Positions 45,348 to 56,061 of a DNA stretch of 64,000 nucleotides are shown here, piece by piece; position 1 is the stretch's first letter, and the number at the start of each line of letters is the position of its first letter. The notes beneath the pieces are model-generated. The model was not told the origin of the DNA, did no database searches, and saw only the letters and a list, made by a program, of their open reading frames with translations. Origin of the DNA: an uncultured Candidatus Cloacimonadota bacterium (GTDB lineage Bacteria; Cloacimonadota; Cloacimonadia; Cloacimonadales; WRIO01); NCBI GenBank assembly GCA_964573665.1, contig CAZNKI010000002.1, forward strand, positions 2,767 to 66,766, given 5' to 3'. The position numbers and the translations under genes were made by a program.

Positions 45348-46663
45348 AAAATAAGTTTTTCCTAATATGTTTTGCAATGATTGCTTACTTTAGCCTCAAT
45401 GCAATGACACTTGAAGAGGCGAAACAAATTGCCTTGAAAAATAACTTAGAACTTCAAACTGAGTTAAATGCTTTAAACTCATCAAAGTGGGATTTATATT
45501 CATCACGTTTTGATTTATTGCCAAGTGTAAGTGTTAAAAGCTCATACAGTAACTTTGATCCAGAGATCCGTGCCAGCAATAATATGCTTGAAAATGAAAA
45601 GTCTTATTCTTTTAATGTAAATTTTCCGATATTCATAGGCGGGAAGAACTTTTTAAGCAGTCAGATCAAATCAGATGTTTACAAAATTTCAGAGTATTCC
45701 TATCAAAGTAAGAAGCTTGAAGTGAGCAATACCGTAGAAATCAAATATCTGAAAGTGCTTGAAACTCAGAAATTATTATCGATCAGTGAGAAGGATTATC
45801 AGTCAGCGCTTAATCATGAAGAGATTGCACAAATCAGATTTTCGAATAATAGTATTTCCAATGCCGATTATCTTAACTTCAAATCACAGAGCGCTAACAA
45901 GAAGGTTAGATTACTTCAAGCCAAAAATGCATTTGAACTCAGCCTTCATGACTTAAAAAGCTATTTAAATATTGATGATGCTGGCATACTAGAACAGGTC
46001 GAAGAGTCTCAGATTACAACGTTGGCAGAGTATTTTGGATCAATAGATATAGAAACATTAGATAACATCCAAAAGCAACTCATCAAATATTCAGAGAAGA
46101 GCAATTTATCTTTAGGTATCAATAAACTTAGTGTTGAAAGTATAAAGAAAAGCCATTTGATGAGTATGGGGAACTTCTTACCATCACTGAATCTGAACTA
46201 TGTCAAAGAGTGGTCAAAAGCGAACTATGACAGTGATTTTTCAGATCAGAGTACATTAATTCTCTCTGCTTCAATACCTTTGTTTCCTATTATGGATGAT
46301 TATTCAAATACAATGAAAAGTCATTATTCAGTTAAGAAGGCAGAACTGCAATATCAGAATGTTCAAAATAGTATTGAGTTAGCTGTAAAATCATCATTCC
46401 TCAATTTTATCAGTAGTTTGCAATCATACGAGGCATCCAAATTATCATTGCAATATTCTGAAGAATCATGGTTGCAAAAAGAGATACGGTTTAAGAATAA
46501 TTTATTATCCGCCAACGAGATGATCGATGCTGATATTTTAATCAATAATGCTCGTATTCAATATACAACATCAATTTATAATGTCCTTAAAGCAAAATCA
46601 TCATTGATGCAGATATTGAATATCGAAGAAGAATCAAAACTAATGAGATTAATCAAAGAATAA
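45344..46663 (+). CDS. TolC-family outer membrane efflux protein
   Basis: Signal peptide and two OEP-type repeats (L.EA...AL.NN..L). ATGA overlap with padR. Confidence 0.8.
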   Translation: MKNKFFLICFAMIAYFSLNAMTLEEAKQIALKNNLELQTELNALNSSKWDLYSSRFDLLPSVSVKSSYSNFDPEIRASNNMLENEKSYSFNVNFPIFIGGKNFLSSQIKSDVYKISEYSYQSKKLEVSNTVEIKYLKVLETQKLLSISEKDYQSALNHEEIAQIRFSNNSISNADYLNFKSQSANKKVRLLQAKNAFELSLHDLKSYLNIDDAGILEQVEESQITTLAEYFGSIDIETLDNIQKQLIKYSEKSNLSLGINKLSVESIKKSHLMSMGNFLPSLNLNYVKEWSKANYDSDFSDQSTLILSASIPLFPIMDDYSNTMKSHYSVKKAELQYQNVQNSIELAVKSSFLNFISSLQSYEASKLSLQYSEESWLQKEIRFKNNLLSANEMIDADILINNARIQYTTSIYNVLKAKSSLMQILNIEEESKLMRLIKE

Positions 46664-46685
46664 GATATAAAGAAGGAGTTTTAAA

Positions 46686-47786
46686 ATGGGGAAGAACTAT
46701 CAAATTAATAGAAAAATCATTTATTTACTGATGATCATCGTATTGTTAATAAGTGCATGTTCCAAGAAGCAAGAAACAAAGAGCAAAAGTACAGATGTCG
46801 CTAGTCGAGAGTTTCCTGTTTTGTTAGAAACTGCGGAATTACGTAATCTTGATGAATATATCACAGTAACAGGAAGTCTTGAAGGAAAAACAGATGTTGC
46901 ATTGTTATCTGAGAGTTCAGGAAAAATAGTGGAGATGTACAAAAAGCTTGGAGACTGGGTGAATAAAGGGACTGCGATCGGTCGAGTCGATAACTCAGAT
47001 TATGAAAGTACATTTCAACAAGCTAAGGCCTCATTAGTTGCAGCAGAAGCGAGTTTTGAATCTGCAGAATTAAATTATACATCTTCTGAATCATTATATA
47101 AGAATAAGCAGATTTCCCAATCCGAATTTAGTAATTCAAAAAGTGCATACAAGAATGCAATGGCTAATTATGAAGGAGCAAAAGCAAGAGTAGAACAAGC
47201 GCGGAAAGCATTGGATAATTCAAGATTTGTTGCTTCAGTTAGTGGTCAAATAGTTGATTTACCTGTTCAGGTAGGTCAAACTGTAAGTCCTGGTATAAAG
47301 ATCGCAGGAATTGTAGATACTAAGAATTTGATGATCAAGACAGGGGTTGGAGAGACATTTATCCGTTCTGTAAAACAAGGAGCATCAGTGGATATAAGAT
47401 ATCAGCCTTCTGAAAAGGAATACAGTGGTAAAATCAGCGGTATCGGCTTAAAACCATTAAGTAATACTGCCAATTATCCTGTGGAAATATCATTGAGCCC
47501 TAATAGTGATTTACTTCCTGGTATGGTAGTAGAAGCAAGAATCTTAAGCAATACATACCGCAATGTGATTTATACTTCTCTTAATAATTTAATACAGGAG
47601 TATGATCAGTATTATGTATTTATCGTCGATGAGCAATCAGTTGCCCAAAAAGTTCCAGTAAAGATAGGCAAAAAAGTTAATGAATCCGTAATTATATTAG
47701 AAGGTATAAAAGTTGGGGATCGCATCGTTTATGAAGGGATGGAGAACTTAGAATCCGGAACAAAAGTAAGCATACGCAATCAATAA
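46686..47786 (+). CDS. Efflux RND periplasmic adaptor (membrane fusion protein)
   Basis: Lipobox LISAC, coiled-coil hairpin region, beta-barrel segments (GMVVEARI). Confidence 0.85.
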   Translation: MGKNYQINRKIIYLLMIIVLLISACSKKQETKSKSTDVASREFPVLLETAELRNLDEYITVTGSLEGKTDVALLSESSGKIVEMYKKLGDWVNKGTAIGRVDNSDYESTFQQAKASLVAAEASFESAELNYTSSESLYKNKQISQSEFSNSKSAYKNAMANYEGAKARVEQARKALDNSRFVASVSGQIVDLPVQVGQTVSPGIKIAGIVDTKNLMIKTGVGETFIRSVKQGASVDIRYQPSEKEYSGKISGIGLKPLSNTANYPVEISLSPNSDLLPGMVVEARILSNTYRNVIYTSLNNLIQEYDQYYVFIVDEQSVAQKVPVKIGKKVNESVIILEGIKVGDRIVYEGMENLESGTKVSIRNQ

Positions 47787-47805
47787 TGCAATTAAAGGAG
47801 AATTC

Positions 47806-50800
47806 ATGTCAATAGCAAGGTTTTCAATAGAGAATAAGGTATTGGTAAATATGCTGATGATTGTGATATTTATCATGGGGATAATCACAATTGTTGAAAT
47901 ACCTAAAGAAGAGTCTCCCGCAGTAGATTTTGGCGCAGCGATTATCAATGTATATTATCCAGGAGTATCTCCTGAAGAGATGGAGCAATTGGTTGTCAAA
48001 AAGATCGAAGATCAGATACAGAATGTAAAGAATATTGATTATATGACTTCCACGTCCCAAGAAGGCAGAGCAAGTGTCTATGTGACATTTGAACCCGATG
48101 CGGATACTGATGAAGCTTGGAATGATATCAATGAAGAAATGAACAAGGTCAATGATCTGCCTGAAGATGCATTTGATCCTATCCTCATTCGATTAAATAT
48201 GAGAGAAGTGAATCAAATTTGTGATATCAGTTTAAGTGGAGATTTTAGTGGTAATTCAATGCGTGAGATCACAGAAAACTTACGAGATGAACTGTTGAAT
48301 TTACCTAATGTTTCAAAGATAGAGATGAATGGAACACGAGAAAGACAAATATGGATTGAATCAGATGTTAACCGTTTGAATCAGTATGGCATCAGTCTTG
48401 ATGAGTTATCATCAAGTATTCGCATGAGAAATATGAATGTCCCTGGGGGAAAGGTAAAGTTTGGACGTGCAGAATTTATCATACGAACTATGGGAGAATT
48501 TAAATCTACTGATGAGATCATCAATTTAAATGTCAGAATGGATTCAAATGGAAGATCAGTAAAGATCAGTGATATTGCAACAGTAAAAGACACTCTTGAA
48601 GAACAATCTGTGATATCAAAGTTGGACGGTAAGGTTTCTACATCCCTTTCGGTATACAAGAAGGAAGAAGGTAATATCATTGATGTGATGAAGAATATCA
48701 GGCAAAAGACTGCTGATTTTGAAAAGACTGTTCCTGGATTAAAAGTTCAGGTAAGAAATGATGGATCCATTGATGTAAATAACAGTATTAACACACTTGG
48801 AAGAAATGCCATGTCTGGTGTGATTCTTGTGTTTATCGTATTGTGGATATTTATTGGTTGGCGAAATGCCATTTTAGCTGCCTGGGGAATTCCGTTTTCG
48901 TTTATGCTTACCTTTGTGTTCTTGCGGTTTACAGACATTACGATGAATAATATGAGTTTGTTTGCTTTAGTATTGGTCACGGGTATGATTGTTGATAATG
49001 CGATAGTCATCATCGAGAATGTCTATCGCTATGTGGAAATGGGTAAAAATCTACGCGAAGCTGTAATTGAGGGAACAAGCGAGGTGATGTGGCCGATATT
49101 TGCATCCACATTAACTACAATTGCTGCTTTTATGCCGATCTTGCTCACTGAAGGAATCATGGGTAAATTCATCGCAGTCTTTCCAATTGTTGTAACTACT
49201 GCTTTATTGGCTTCACTGGTTGAAAGTATTGTGATATTACCCGCTCATATTGTACAATTTACTAAAGAGCTTAAAGGAGAAAGTAGTCGGTCAGAGCATT
49301 TTTATTCAGTAATCGAAAAAAAATATCGTAAGGCACTACGATGGATATTATGCCGTCGTTCTAAAGCAGTCGGTGTTATTTTTATCATGCTTATATTGTC
49401 TTTTATTGCTTTAGGTGCTGGCCTTGTTAGATTTGAATTTTTCCCATCAAGACCACCAAAAACCCTTGCATTAAAACTTCAGACTGCTGTTGGCACCAAT
49501 TTAGATAAAACAAATGAAGTTGTATCACAAATAGAGAACTATATCCTCAATATGCCAGAAAAAGAGGATGTTGAAGCCATTGTGACTGATGTGGGTCAAA
49601 TGAGACTAAACAATCAGAGACAGCAAGCGACATCAAATGCAGAGCTTCGCATTGATTTAAAAGAGATCGATGACATGAAGTACGGTCATGAGAAGATCAA
49701 AGCGAGTATCCGTAAATATCTTGATTCAATGCCTGATTTATACTCATATCGTTTTTCAGAAGGCAGACAAGGACCTCCTACGGGTCAGGATGTTGAAATA
49801 AGAATCAAGGGCGATAATTTGGACAGACTGAAATATATCGGTGAGATTGTAAAAGCAGAGCTGAGTCGTTTACCTGGTGTTAGTGATATCGAAGACAGTT
49901 TTAAGCCAGGAAAAAAGGAAATCAGGATTGTGCCAAAGGAGAATCAACTGGGGATGTATGGATTGACTGTTTCTCAAGTGGCTTCATTAGTTCGAACAGC
50001 CTCCTATGGCAGTACTGTTTCAATTTATCGTGGCATGGGTATCGATGAGAATGATATTATACTGAGAGCTCAAGAGAATCAGATTGATGATTTAGAAGAC
50101 TTGAAAAACCTGAAAATCAGGACAAAAAGCGGATCACTCGTTGTATTGTCAGAAGTAGCTGAGTTTGAGATAGTCACAGGATTAGCACAGATTGAGCATC
50201 GAGACAGAAAAAGAATCATTACAATTACAGGTAATAATGCCTTTTATGAAGAAAACGGTAAAACTAAGAAAAGGACATCAGGTGAAGTAGTTTCTTATCT
50301 CAGAGGAGATCGTTTAGGAAAACAAAAAGGCGTATTGTCTAACTTTGAACAGAGATTTCCAGGATATCAAATCGAGTTTGGTGGTGTAGTTGAGCAACAA
50401 AATCAATCTTACCGTTCATTATTCAGGGCATTGATCGTTGCTTTGTTGTTGATATTTACCATTCTTGCTGCCCAATTTAAATCTTATATACAGCCATTGG
50501 TTGTCTTATTCACCATCCCATTTGGATTTATCGGTGTGATATTAGGATTGCTTCTTACGGGATTGCCATTTTCACTCAACACAGTGATTTCCTTTGTTGC
50601 GCTTTCAGGTGTGGTTGTTAATGCTGCATTAATCCTTGTTGATTTTATCAACCGAGAACGAGAAAGAGGAGTGGATCGCTGGAATTCATTGATCAATGCG
50701 GGTGCTACCCGTTTAAGACCTATTATTCTAACAACGGTTACCACTATTTCTGGATTATTACCTATGGTATTTTCAACATCGGCTGCTGCTCAGGATTGGA

Positions 50801-50976
50801 GACCTATGGCTGTAAGTATCAGTTTTGGTTTGGCATTTGCAACGGTATTAACGCTTTTTATCATTCCATGTATCTATTCTTTTGTTGACTCATTTTTTGC
50901 GCACTTTGGTATGAGCGGATATAAAGATCATACTCCTATCTGTCAGTTTAAGAAGGAAAGCCAAGAAAAGAAATAA
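47806..50976 (+). CDS. RND efflux transporter permease (AcrB/CzcA superfamily)
   Basis: 1056 aa with a 12-TM duplicated architecture, (T/S)G(M/V)(I/V)V(D/N)(N/A)A(I/L)(V/I) motifs in both halves, RLRPILLTT segment. Confidence 0.9.
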   Translation: MSIARFSIENKVLVNMLMIVIFIMGIITIVEIPKEESPAVDFGAAIINVYYPGVSPEEMEQLVVKKIEDQIQNVKNIDYMTSTSQEGRASVYVTFEPDADTDEAWNDINEEMNKVNDLPEDAFDPILIRLNMREVNQICDISLSGDFSGNSMREITENLRDELLNLPNVSKIEMNGTRERQIWIESDVNRLNQYGISLDELSSSIRMRNMNVPGGKVKFGRAEFIIRTMGEFKSTDEIINLNVRMDSNGRSVKISDIATVKDTLEEQSVISKLDGKVSTSLSVYKKEEGNIIDVMKNIRQKTADFEKTVPGLKVQVRNDGSIDVNNSINTLGRNAMSGVILVFIVLWIFIGWRNAILAAWGIPFSFMLTFVFLRFTDITMNNMSLFALVLVTGMIVDNAIVIIENVYRYVEMGKNLREAVIEGTSEVMWPIFASTLTTIAAFMPILLTEGIMGKFIAVFPIVVTTALLASLVESIVILPAHIVQFTKELKGESSRSEHFYSVIEKKYRKALRWILCRRSKAVGVIFIMLILSFIALGAGLVRFEFFPSRPPKTLALKLQTAVGTNLDKTNEVVSQIENYILNMPEKEDVEAIVTDVGQMRLNNQRQQATSNAELRIDLKEIDDMKYGHEKIKASIRKYLDSMPDLYSYRFSEGRQGPPTGQDVEIRIKGDNLDRLKYIGEIVKAELSRLPGVSDIEDSFKPGKKEIRIVPKENQLGMYGLTVSQVASLVRTASYGSTVSIYRGMGIDENDIILRAQENQIDDLEDLKNLKIRTKSGSLVVLSEVAEFEIVTGLAQIEHRDRKRIITITGNNAFYEENGKTKKRTSGEVVSYLRGDRLGKQKGVLSNFEQRFPGYQIEFGGVVEQQNQSYRSLFRALIVALLLIFTILAAQFKSYIQPLVVLFTIPFGFIGVILGLLLTGLPFSLNTVISFVALSGVVVNAALILVDFINRERERGVDRWNSLINAGATRLRPIILTTVTTISGLLPMVFSTSAAAQDWRPMAVSISFGLAFATVLTLFIIPCIYSFVDSFFAHFGMSGYKDHTPICQFKKESQEKK

Positions 50977-50992
50977 AGTTATAAATCAAAAT

Positions 50993-51024
50993 AGGGCTTT
51001 CGATTGAAAGCCCTGTTTTTTTTA
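50993..51024. terminator. Bidirectional terminator between the RND gene and MCP gene
   Basis: GGGCTTTC / GAAAGCCC hairpin followed by TGTTTTTTTT on the + strand and a T-rich run on the minus strand. Confidence 0.8.
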
Positions 51025-51033
51025 TCGAATTTA

Positions 51034-53022
51034 TTATTTGAAATCATCAAAGTCATCATCACTTAAATGATCTAAAGGGATAATTTGTTCTGGATTAACT
51101 TCATAAGCTGAAGCAGGTTTTTTATTTGTTAATTGTTTAGGTCCTCTACGATCATTTTGATGCTGTTGTCTTCTTCCTGATGAATAATTTACAACTGCTT
51201 TTCTGGCGAGTTTAAATTGAGCGACCATGTTTTGCAATTCAGCTGCCTGGCTATTCAATTCTTCTGCTGCAGAAGCAGATTCTTCAGCATTCGCCGCATT
51301 TTGTTGTGTCACTTTATTCATTTCCTGGACGGCAGTATTGACTTGTTGAACGCCTTGAGACTGTTCTTCTGAGGACGCTGCAATTTCATTGACGATACTT
51401 TTTACTTTGCCAAAGTTGTCTTTGATATCAACAAAGGATTTGCTGACTTGCTCAACAATTTTTGCACCTAATTCAGCATTTTTGGTTGATTCTTCAATCA
51501 GATTGTTTGTATTTTTAGCTGCTTCAGCACTTCTAAGCGCAAGGTTTTTCACTTCTTCAGCCACAACAGCAAAGCCTTTACCTGCTTCGCCTGCATGAGC
51601 TGCTTCAACTGCTGCATTCAGTGCCAGGAGGTTGGTTTGGAAAGCGATTTCATCAATGGTTTTGATTATTTTGCCAGTTTCCTGAGATGATTTGAGAATT
51701 GATGCCATTGCTTCACTCATTTTGTTCATGGCTACATTTCCTTCATCAACGGAAGCTACTGCTTTATCAGCAAGGTTGAGCCCTTGTTTTGAATTATCAG
51801 AGTTATTCGCTGTGAGTGAATTAATTTCTTCCATTGAGCTGGATATTTCTTCGAGAGAGCTTGCCTGTTCACCAGTAGCTTCAGCGAGGACTTGAGAACC
51901 AGAAGTGATTTGAGAAGAAGCAGAGGAGATTTGTTCAACTGCCATATCGACTTGAATTAATGAGTCTTCAAGATTTGCTGCTGCAAGATTGATATTGGTT
52001 TTAAAGAGATCAAGGTCTCCCTTATATTGTCCTTTTACGCGTGCTGTCATATCTTTATTTGCTAAGCGATCCATCACTTCCATGGCTTCATTTACAGGAT
52101 TAATCACCGCATCAAGGGTTTCATTGACACCTTCAACAATAGCTCTGTAGGTACCGTTATGTTTATCGGCTTTTGCACGAGTTTTTAGACGACCATTAAC
52201 TGCAGCATCAACAAGCATTGAAGCGTCATCAGCCATTGATTTGATGTTTTTACTCATGTTATCCATGGCATTCATTAAGAGGGCGGTTTCATCATTGAAG
52301 GCAATCTTGAAACTGACATCAATATCACCGTTAGCAATTTTGTTTGCTGCATCTACGCATTGATTAACAGGTTTTACAATTGAACCTGTGATCCACATTG
52401 CGAGGATAAAAGATAATATGAGGGCAATCGCTAAAGAGACAACGATTAGAATTGTTGTTTGAATAACCATTTTCTCAGTATCATGACCCACTTTTTGCAT
52501 GTTTTTTGTCTCGTATTCGATAAACTTGTTAATGATGTCAAAGTATTCATTTTGTACAGTACGTAAATCTCCACGTAGGTAATCTGATGCTGCGATCTTG
52601 TTGTTTTGATTGATGTATCCAAGGAATTTATCAAGGACAACAATGTATTCTTCTCTTTTCTTTAGATATGTGTCGTAATTTGCTTTTTCTTCAGAATTCT
52701 TATCATCTATTAAAGGTGTTATTTTATCGATAACTTCCTTTATTAAAGTTCTTGATTCATCTATTCTTGTAAGATCTCTTGTGTTTTCTTTTGGATCATC
52801 AAACAAAATCAAGTTTCTCATTGAACGGGCATAAACATTAATAGCGTCTATGATCTGATTTGAATGGGAAACTTTTGCAAAGTTTTTGTCTAACAATTCG
52901 CTTGTTGCTGTCTTAATATTTGATAATCGAAGAATCGCTGTTAATGCGATGATCAACATAATAACAATAATTACTCCAAAACCAAAAGCCAATCTTTTGG
53001 AAATATTTGCATTTTGAAACAT
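51034..53022 (-). CDS. Methyl-accepting chemotaxis protein (4-helix-bundle sensor, HAMP, MA domain), paralog 1
   Basis: Conserved signalling hairpin [41 protein letters not shown] lies upstream of the ATG at 53022 ([11 protein letters not shown], parallel to the paralog 2 start), which removes the ORF-track overlap with cheW. Confidence 0.9.
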   Translation of the reverse strand: MFQNANISKRLAFGFGVIIVIMLIIALTAILRLSNIKTATSELLDKNFAKVSHSNQIIDAINVYARSMRNLILFDDPKENTRDLTRIDESRTLIKEVIDKITPLIDDKNSEEKANYDTYLKKREEYIVVLDKFLGYINQNNKIAASDYLRGDLRTVQNEYFDIINKFIEYETKNMQKVGHDTEKMVIQTTILIVVSLAIALILSFILAMWITGSIVKPVNQCVDAANKIANGDIDVSFKIAFNDETALLMNAMDNMSKNIKSMADDASMLVDAAVNGRLKTRAKADKHNGTYRAIVEGVNETLDAVINPVNEAMEVMDRLANKDMTARVKGQYKGDLDLFKTNINLAAANLEDSLIQVDMAVEQISSASSQITSGSQVLAEATGEQASSLEEISSSMEEINSLTANNSDNSKQGLNLADKAVASVDEGNVAMNKMSEAMASILKSSQETGKIIKTIDEIAFQTNLLALNAAVEAAHAGEAGKGFAVVAEEVKNLALRSAEAAKNTNNLIEESTKNAELGAKIVEQVSKSFVDIKDNFGKVKSIVNEIAASSEEQSQGVQQVNTAVQEMNKVTQQNAANAEESASAAEELNSQAAELQNMVAQFKLARKAVVNYSSGRRQQHQNDRRGPKQLTNKKPASAYEVNPEQIIPLDHLSDDDFDDFK

Positions 53023-53032
53023 AAAACCTCCT

Positions 53033-53539
53033 CTATTCCTTTTCTTCTTTATTTCCAATCAGTGTGAGTTCTTCCTCTGTAAGTACTTTGTTGATATTTA
53101 AAAGAGTAACAACTTTGTTTTTAACTTTTGCCATGCCCAATATGTATTCTGTGTCAAGCTGGACACCGAATTTAGGCGTTTTCTCAATATCATTATTATT
53201 GATATCGAGTACTTCAAGTACTTTGTCAACAATCACACCAATGAAGATTTCAGTTTCTGCAAGTTTTACTTTGATGATTACTATACTTGTCCGGTCATTG
53301 TAGTCCTGAACAGGAAGTCTGAATTTTGATCTCAGGTCGATCACAGGGATAATTTTTCCTCTTAAATTAATTACGCCTTTAACAAATGATGGTGTTTTTG
53401 GTATTGGAGTGATGTCTGGAATAGCAATAATTTGAAGAATTCTATCTACATTAATCCCATAGTGTTCATCCATTAGATTAAAAGTCAGATATTTGCCAGC
53501 TAAATCACCCATTTCAAGATTGACTAAGGCTTCTGCCAT
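53033..53539 (-). CDS. cheW: Chemotaxis coupling protein CheW
   Basis: 168 aa with YLTF.L..E.YGI......EI and [15 protein letters not shown] motifs. Confidence 0.9.
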   Translation of the reverse strand: MAEALVNLEMGDLAGKYLTFNLMDEHYGINVDRILQIIAIPDITPIPKTPSFVKGVINLRGKIIPVIDLRSKFRLPVQDYNDRTSIVIIKVKLAETEIFIGVIVDKVLEVLDINNNDIEKTPKFGVQLDTEYILGMAKVKNKVVTLLNINKVLTEEELTLIGNKEEKE

Positions 53540-53888
53540 AATTCCTCCTTCAAGATATTATACATTCAATTTGATTAAGATATTCTTTACAAGCGTGATA
53601 CTTAATCAATGAGTCACGCAATTAACTATTTTTATTTAAAACATAATAAATAATCAAAGTCAAGTTTTTTTTTAATTATATTATTTTTTCTTTAGAGATG
53701 AATGTATATCAAAATGAATTAATTTGTTTAGAATATCATCCTAAATATAATTCAGATTTGAAGTCAAAAATGATGTATATTAGTGAATTTGGAGTTGAGA
53801 CTCATAAAAAGAAAAAATAGTCTCTAAGCTATTGAAAACAAAAGGACTATACTGTATGATGAACGCTTAATCTCCATTCACGTCTGTC

Positions 53889-53905
53889 TTCTATCCTGTA
53901 GAAAA
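53889..53905 (+). repeat. Interspersed repeat A, core copy 4
   Basis: Exact 17-mer TTCTATCCTGTAGAAAA inside the 578-nt gap between cheW and the second MCP gene, antisense to both. Confidence 0.9.
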
Positions 53906-54008
53906 GTTGATAAATCCAATATCTTCGACATCAAATTCTTCCTTAGAATTTTTAATAGAATAAACATCAATGGGATTTAGAAATCGAACAATTATTGTTT
54001 TTTAAATA

Positions 54009-54047
54009 AGAAAAAAGCCCGATCAAAAGATCGAGCTAATTTTTTAT
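54009..54047. terminator. Bidirectional terminator downstream of MCP paralog 2
   Basis: GCCCGATC / GATCGAGC hairpin (54017-54024 / 54029-54036) with a T-run on the minus strand (complement of 54011-54016) and TAATTTTTTATT on the + strand. Confidence 0.7.
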
Positions 54048-54117
54048 TATCAGTAGTATCAAACAGATTGCGATTTATATAACAATCGGCTTGTTTTCAA
54101 GTACAAGACTAAGGCAA

Positions 54118-56049
54118 TTAAAAATCTTCAAAATCAGATTCTCTGAAATCTTCTAATTGTAATTTATTTTGTTGAGAGATCATTTGAGGTTTTCTATTTG
54201 TAATAGATTTTCTTTTTTGCTTTGTATGATAAGATCTTGAAATATCGAACTGAGAGACCATACCTTGAAGTTCAGAAGCCTGGCTATTGAGTTCTTCAGC
54301 TGCAGAAGCAGATTCTTCGGCATTTGCAGCGTTTTGTTGAGTGACTTTATTCATTTCCTGGATTGCCGCATTGACTTGTTGAACACCATGAGTTTGCTCT
54401 TCAGAGGAAGTGGTTATTTCTTTGACGATTTGTTTGACTTTGATGAAGTTTGATTTGATATCTTCAAAAGAATGATTAACCTGCTCAACAATTTTTGCTC
54501 CGAGTTCAGCTTTTTTACTTGATTCTTCAATGAGATTGTTTGTGTTTTTTGCTGCTTCAGCACTTCTCAAGGCAAGGTTTTTAACTTCTTCAGCAACCAC
54601 AGCGAATCCTTTTCCTGCTTCACCTGCATGAGCTGCTTCTACTGCTGCATTAAGAGCGAGGAGGTTTGTCTGAAAGGCGATTTCATCAATTGTTTTGATG
54701 ATTTTGCTGGTTTCTTTAGAAGATTTTAGTATATCATTCATCGCAATGCTCATCTCATTCATTGCAGAGTTTCCTTCATCAACAGATGCCACAGCAAGGT
54801 CTGCCAGTTTTAATCCTTGTCTGGAGTTGTCTGTATTATTGCTGGTTAAAGAATTGATTTCTTCAATAGAACTTGATACTTCTTCTAAAGAGCTTGCCAT
54901 TTCACCGGTAGCCTCAGCCAGAACCTGAGCTCCAGAGCCAATTTGAGAGGAAGCTGAAGAAATTTGTTCGACTGCCATATCGACTTGCATCAGCGCTTCT
55001 TCAAGATTTTTAGCAGCCAGATTGATATTTTCTTTAAAGTCATTTAACTCACCTCTATAATTACCTTTGATTCTTGATGTCATATCTTTGTTAGCTAAGG
55101 AATTCATCACAGACATTGCTTCATGGATAGGCTCAATGATGTTGTCCAATAATTGATTAACACCTTCAACTATTTTACGATAATCTCCTTTGTGTAGGTC
55201 AGCTTTAGCTCTGGTGGATAGTTTTCCTTCCAAAGCTGCTTTTGTTAAATAATCTGCATCTTGGTACATGAGATTGATACTCTTACTCATATCGGACATT
55301 GCATTCATCAAATGTGCCGTTTCATCATGATAGATAATATTGAAAGACACTTTGGTTTCACCCTCAGCAATGGATCGAGCCGCATTTACGCATTGATCAA
55401 TTGGCTTGGTGATCGAATTACTGACCCATAATGCGAAAATAATTGAAAGTAAAATAGCAATGATTAGTAAAATGGATAATAATAAAAGAGCTTGGTTAAT
55501 GCTTTTTGAGATATTTAATCCAAGCTGATTTGTCTGAGTATTATAATACTCTATTAATTCACCTAAATACTGGAAATAAGCGTTTTGATGAGTTCTCAGT
55601 TTTCCAGACATTAAATCAGCAGCTTCAGTTTTATTGTTTTCTTTTATCAGGTTAAGATAAATATCGAGATTTTTTACATATTCTGTACGATCGATAATCA
55701 TTTTATCCAGAAGTGCTTTTTCTTCATCAGTTTTGACATTTTCTGGAAGATATTTGATCGATGTGCCTGCTTTTTTTCTAGCTTCAGCAATACGGTCAAA
55801 ATCTCTATCGTTCTCTTTGGCAATATTATAGATATAAAGATTTCTAACAGAACGAGCAACGATGTTTAGATTATCAATGATGTTATTTGTTTCCAGAGTT
55901 TTTCTAAAATATTCCTGAATTAGTACATCATTTTGTTTTTTAAGGTTTTGAAAATTAACAAAGCTGATCGAAGTGATCAAGATCATAATAATAATGACAA
56001 TGCCGTAGCCTATTGCCAAACGAAATTTAATATTTCTATTTTTAAACAT
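54118..56049 (-). CDS. Methyl-accepting chemotaxis protein, paralog 2
   Basis: Same architecture as paralog 1. The signalling domain is nearly identical at protein level and clearly similar at nucleotide level by eye. Confidence 0.9.
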   Translation of the reverse strand: MFKNRNIKFRLAIGYGIVIIIMILITSISFVNFQNLKKQNDVLIQEYFRKTLETNNIIDNLNIVARSVRNLYIYNIAKENDRDFDRIAEARKKAGTSIKYLPENVKTDEEKALLDKMIIDRTEYVKNLDIYLNLIKENNKTEAADLMSGKLRTHQNAYFQYLGELIEYYNTQTNQLGLNISKSINQALLLLSILLIIAILLSIIFALWVSNSITKPIDQCVNAARSIAEGETKVSFNIIYHDETAHLMNAMSDMSKSINLMYQDADYLTKAALEGKLSTRAKADLHKGDYRKIVEGVNQLLDNIIEPIHEAMSVMNSLANKDMTSRIKGNYRGELNDFKENINLAAKNLEEALMQVDMAVEQISSASSQIGSGAQVLAEATGEMASSLEEVSSSIEEINSLTSNNTDNSRQGLKLADLAVASVDEGNSAMNEMSIAMNDILKSSKETSKIIKTIDEIAFQTNLLALNAAVEAAHAGEAGKGFAVVAEEVKNLALRSAEAAKNTNNLIEESSKKAELGAKIVEQVNHSFEDIKSNFIKVKQIVKEITTSSEEQTHGVQQVNAAIQEMNKVTQQNAANAEESASAAEELNSQASELQGMVSQFDISRSYHTKQKRKSITNRKPQMISQQNKLQLEDFRESDFEDF

Positions 56050-56061
56050 AATCTCTCCTTA

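Noticed and set aside
53698-53820. 40-codon + strand ORF (MNVYQNELICLEYHPKYNSDLKSKMMYISEFGVETHKKKK) in the cheW/MCP gap.
   Set aside because: It has no convincing SD (only TAGAG). By my rough estimate, an ORF of this length is not improbable by chance in six frames at this base composition. It could be revisited if the gap proves to be transcribed.
53540-54117. Considered whether the 578-nt gap could hold a large structured RNA of the ROOL/GOLLD/OLE class.
   Set aside because: The sequence is very AT-rich with only short local hairpins, and I see none of the multi-stem GC-supported architecture expected. This can only be excluded formally with cmsearch against Rfam.
51250-55000. Two similar ~0.75-kb stretches (about 51.25-52.0 kb and 54.28-55.0 kb), checked as a possible mobile element or segmental duplication.
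   Set aside because: They are the conserved signalling domains of two paralogous MCP genes. Similarity stops at the domain boundaries, and there are no terminal repeats or transposase.
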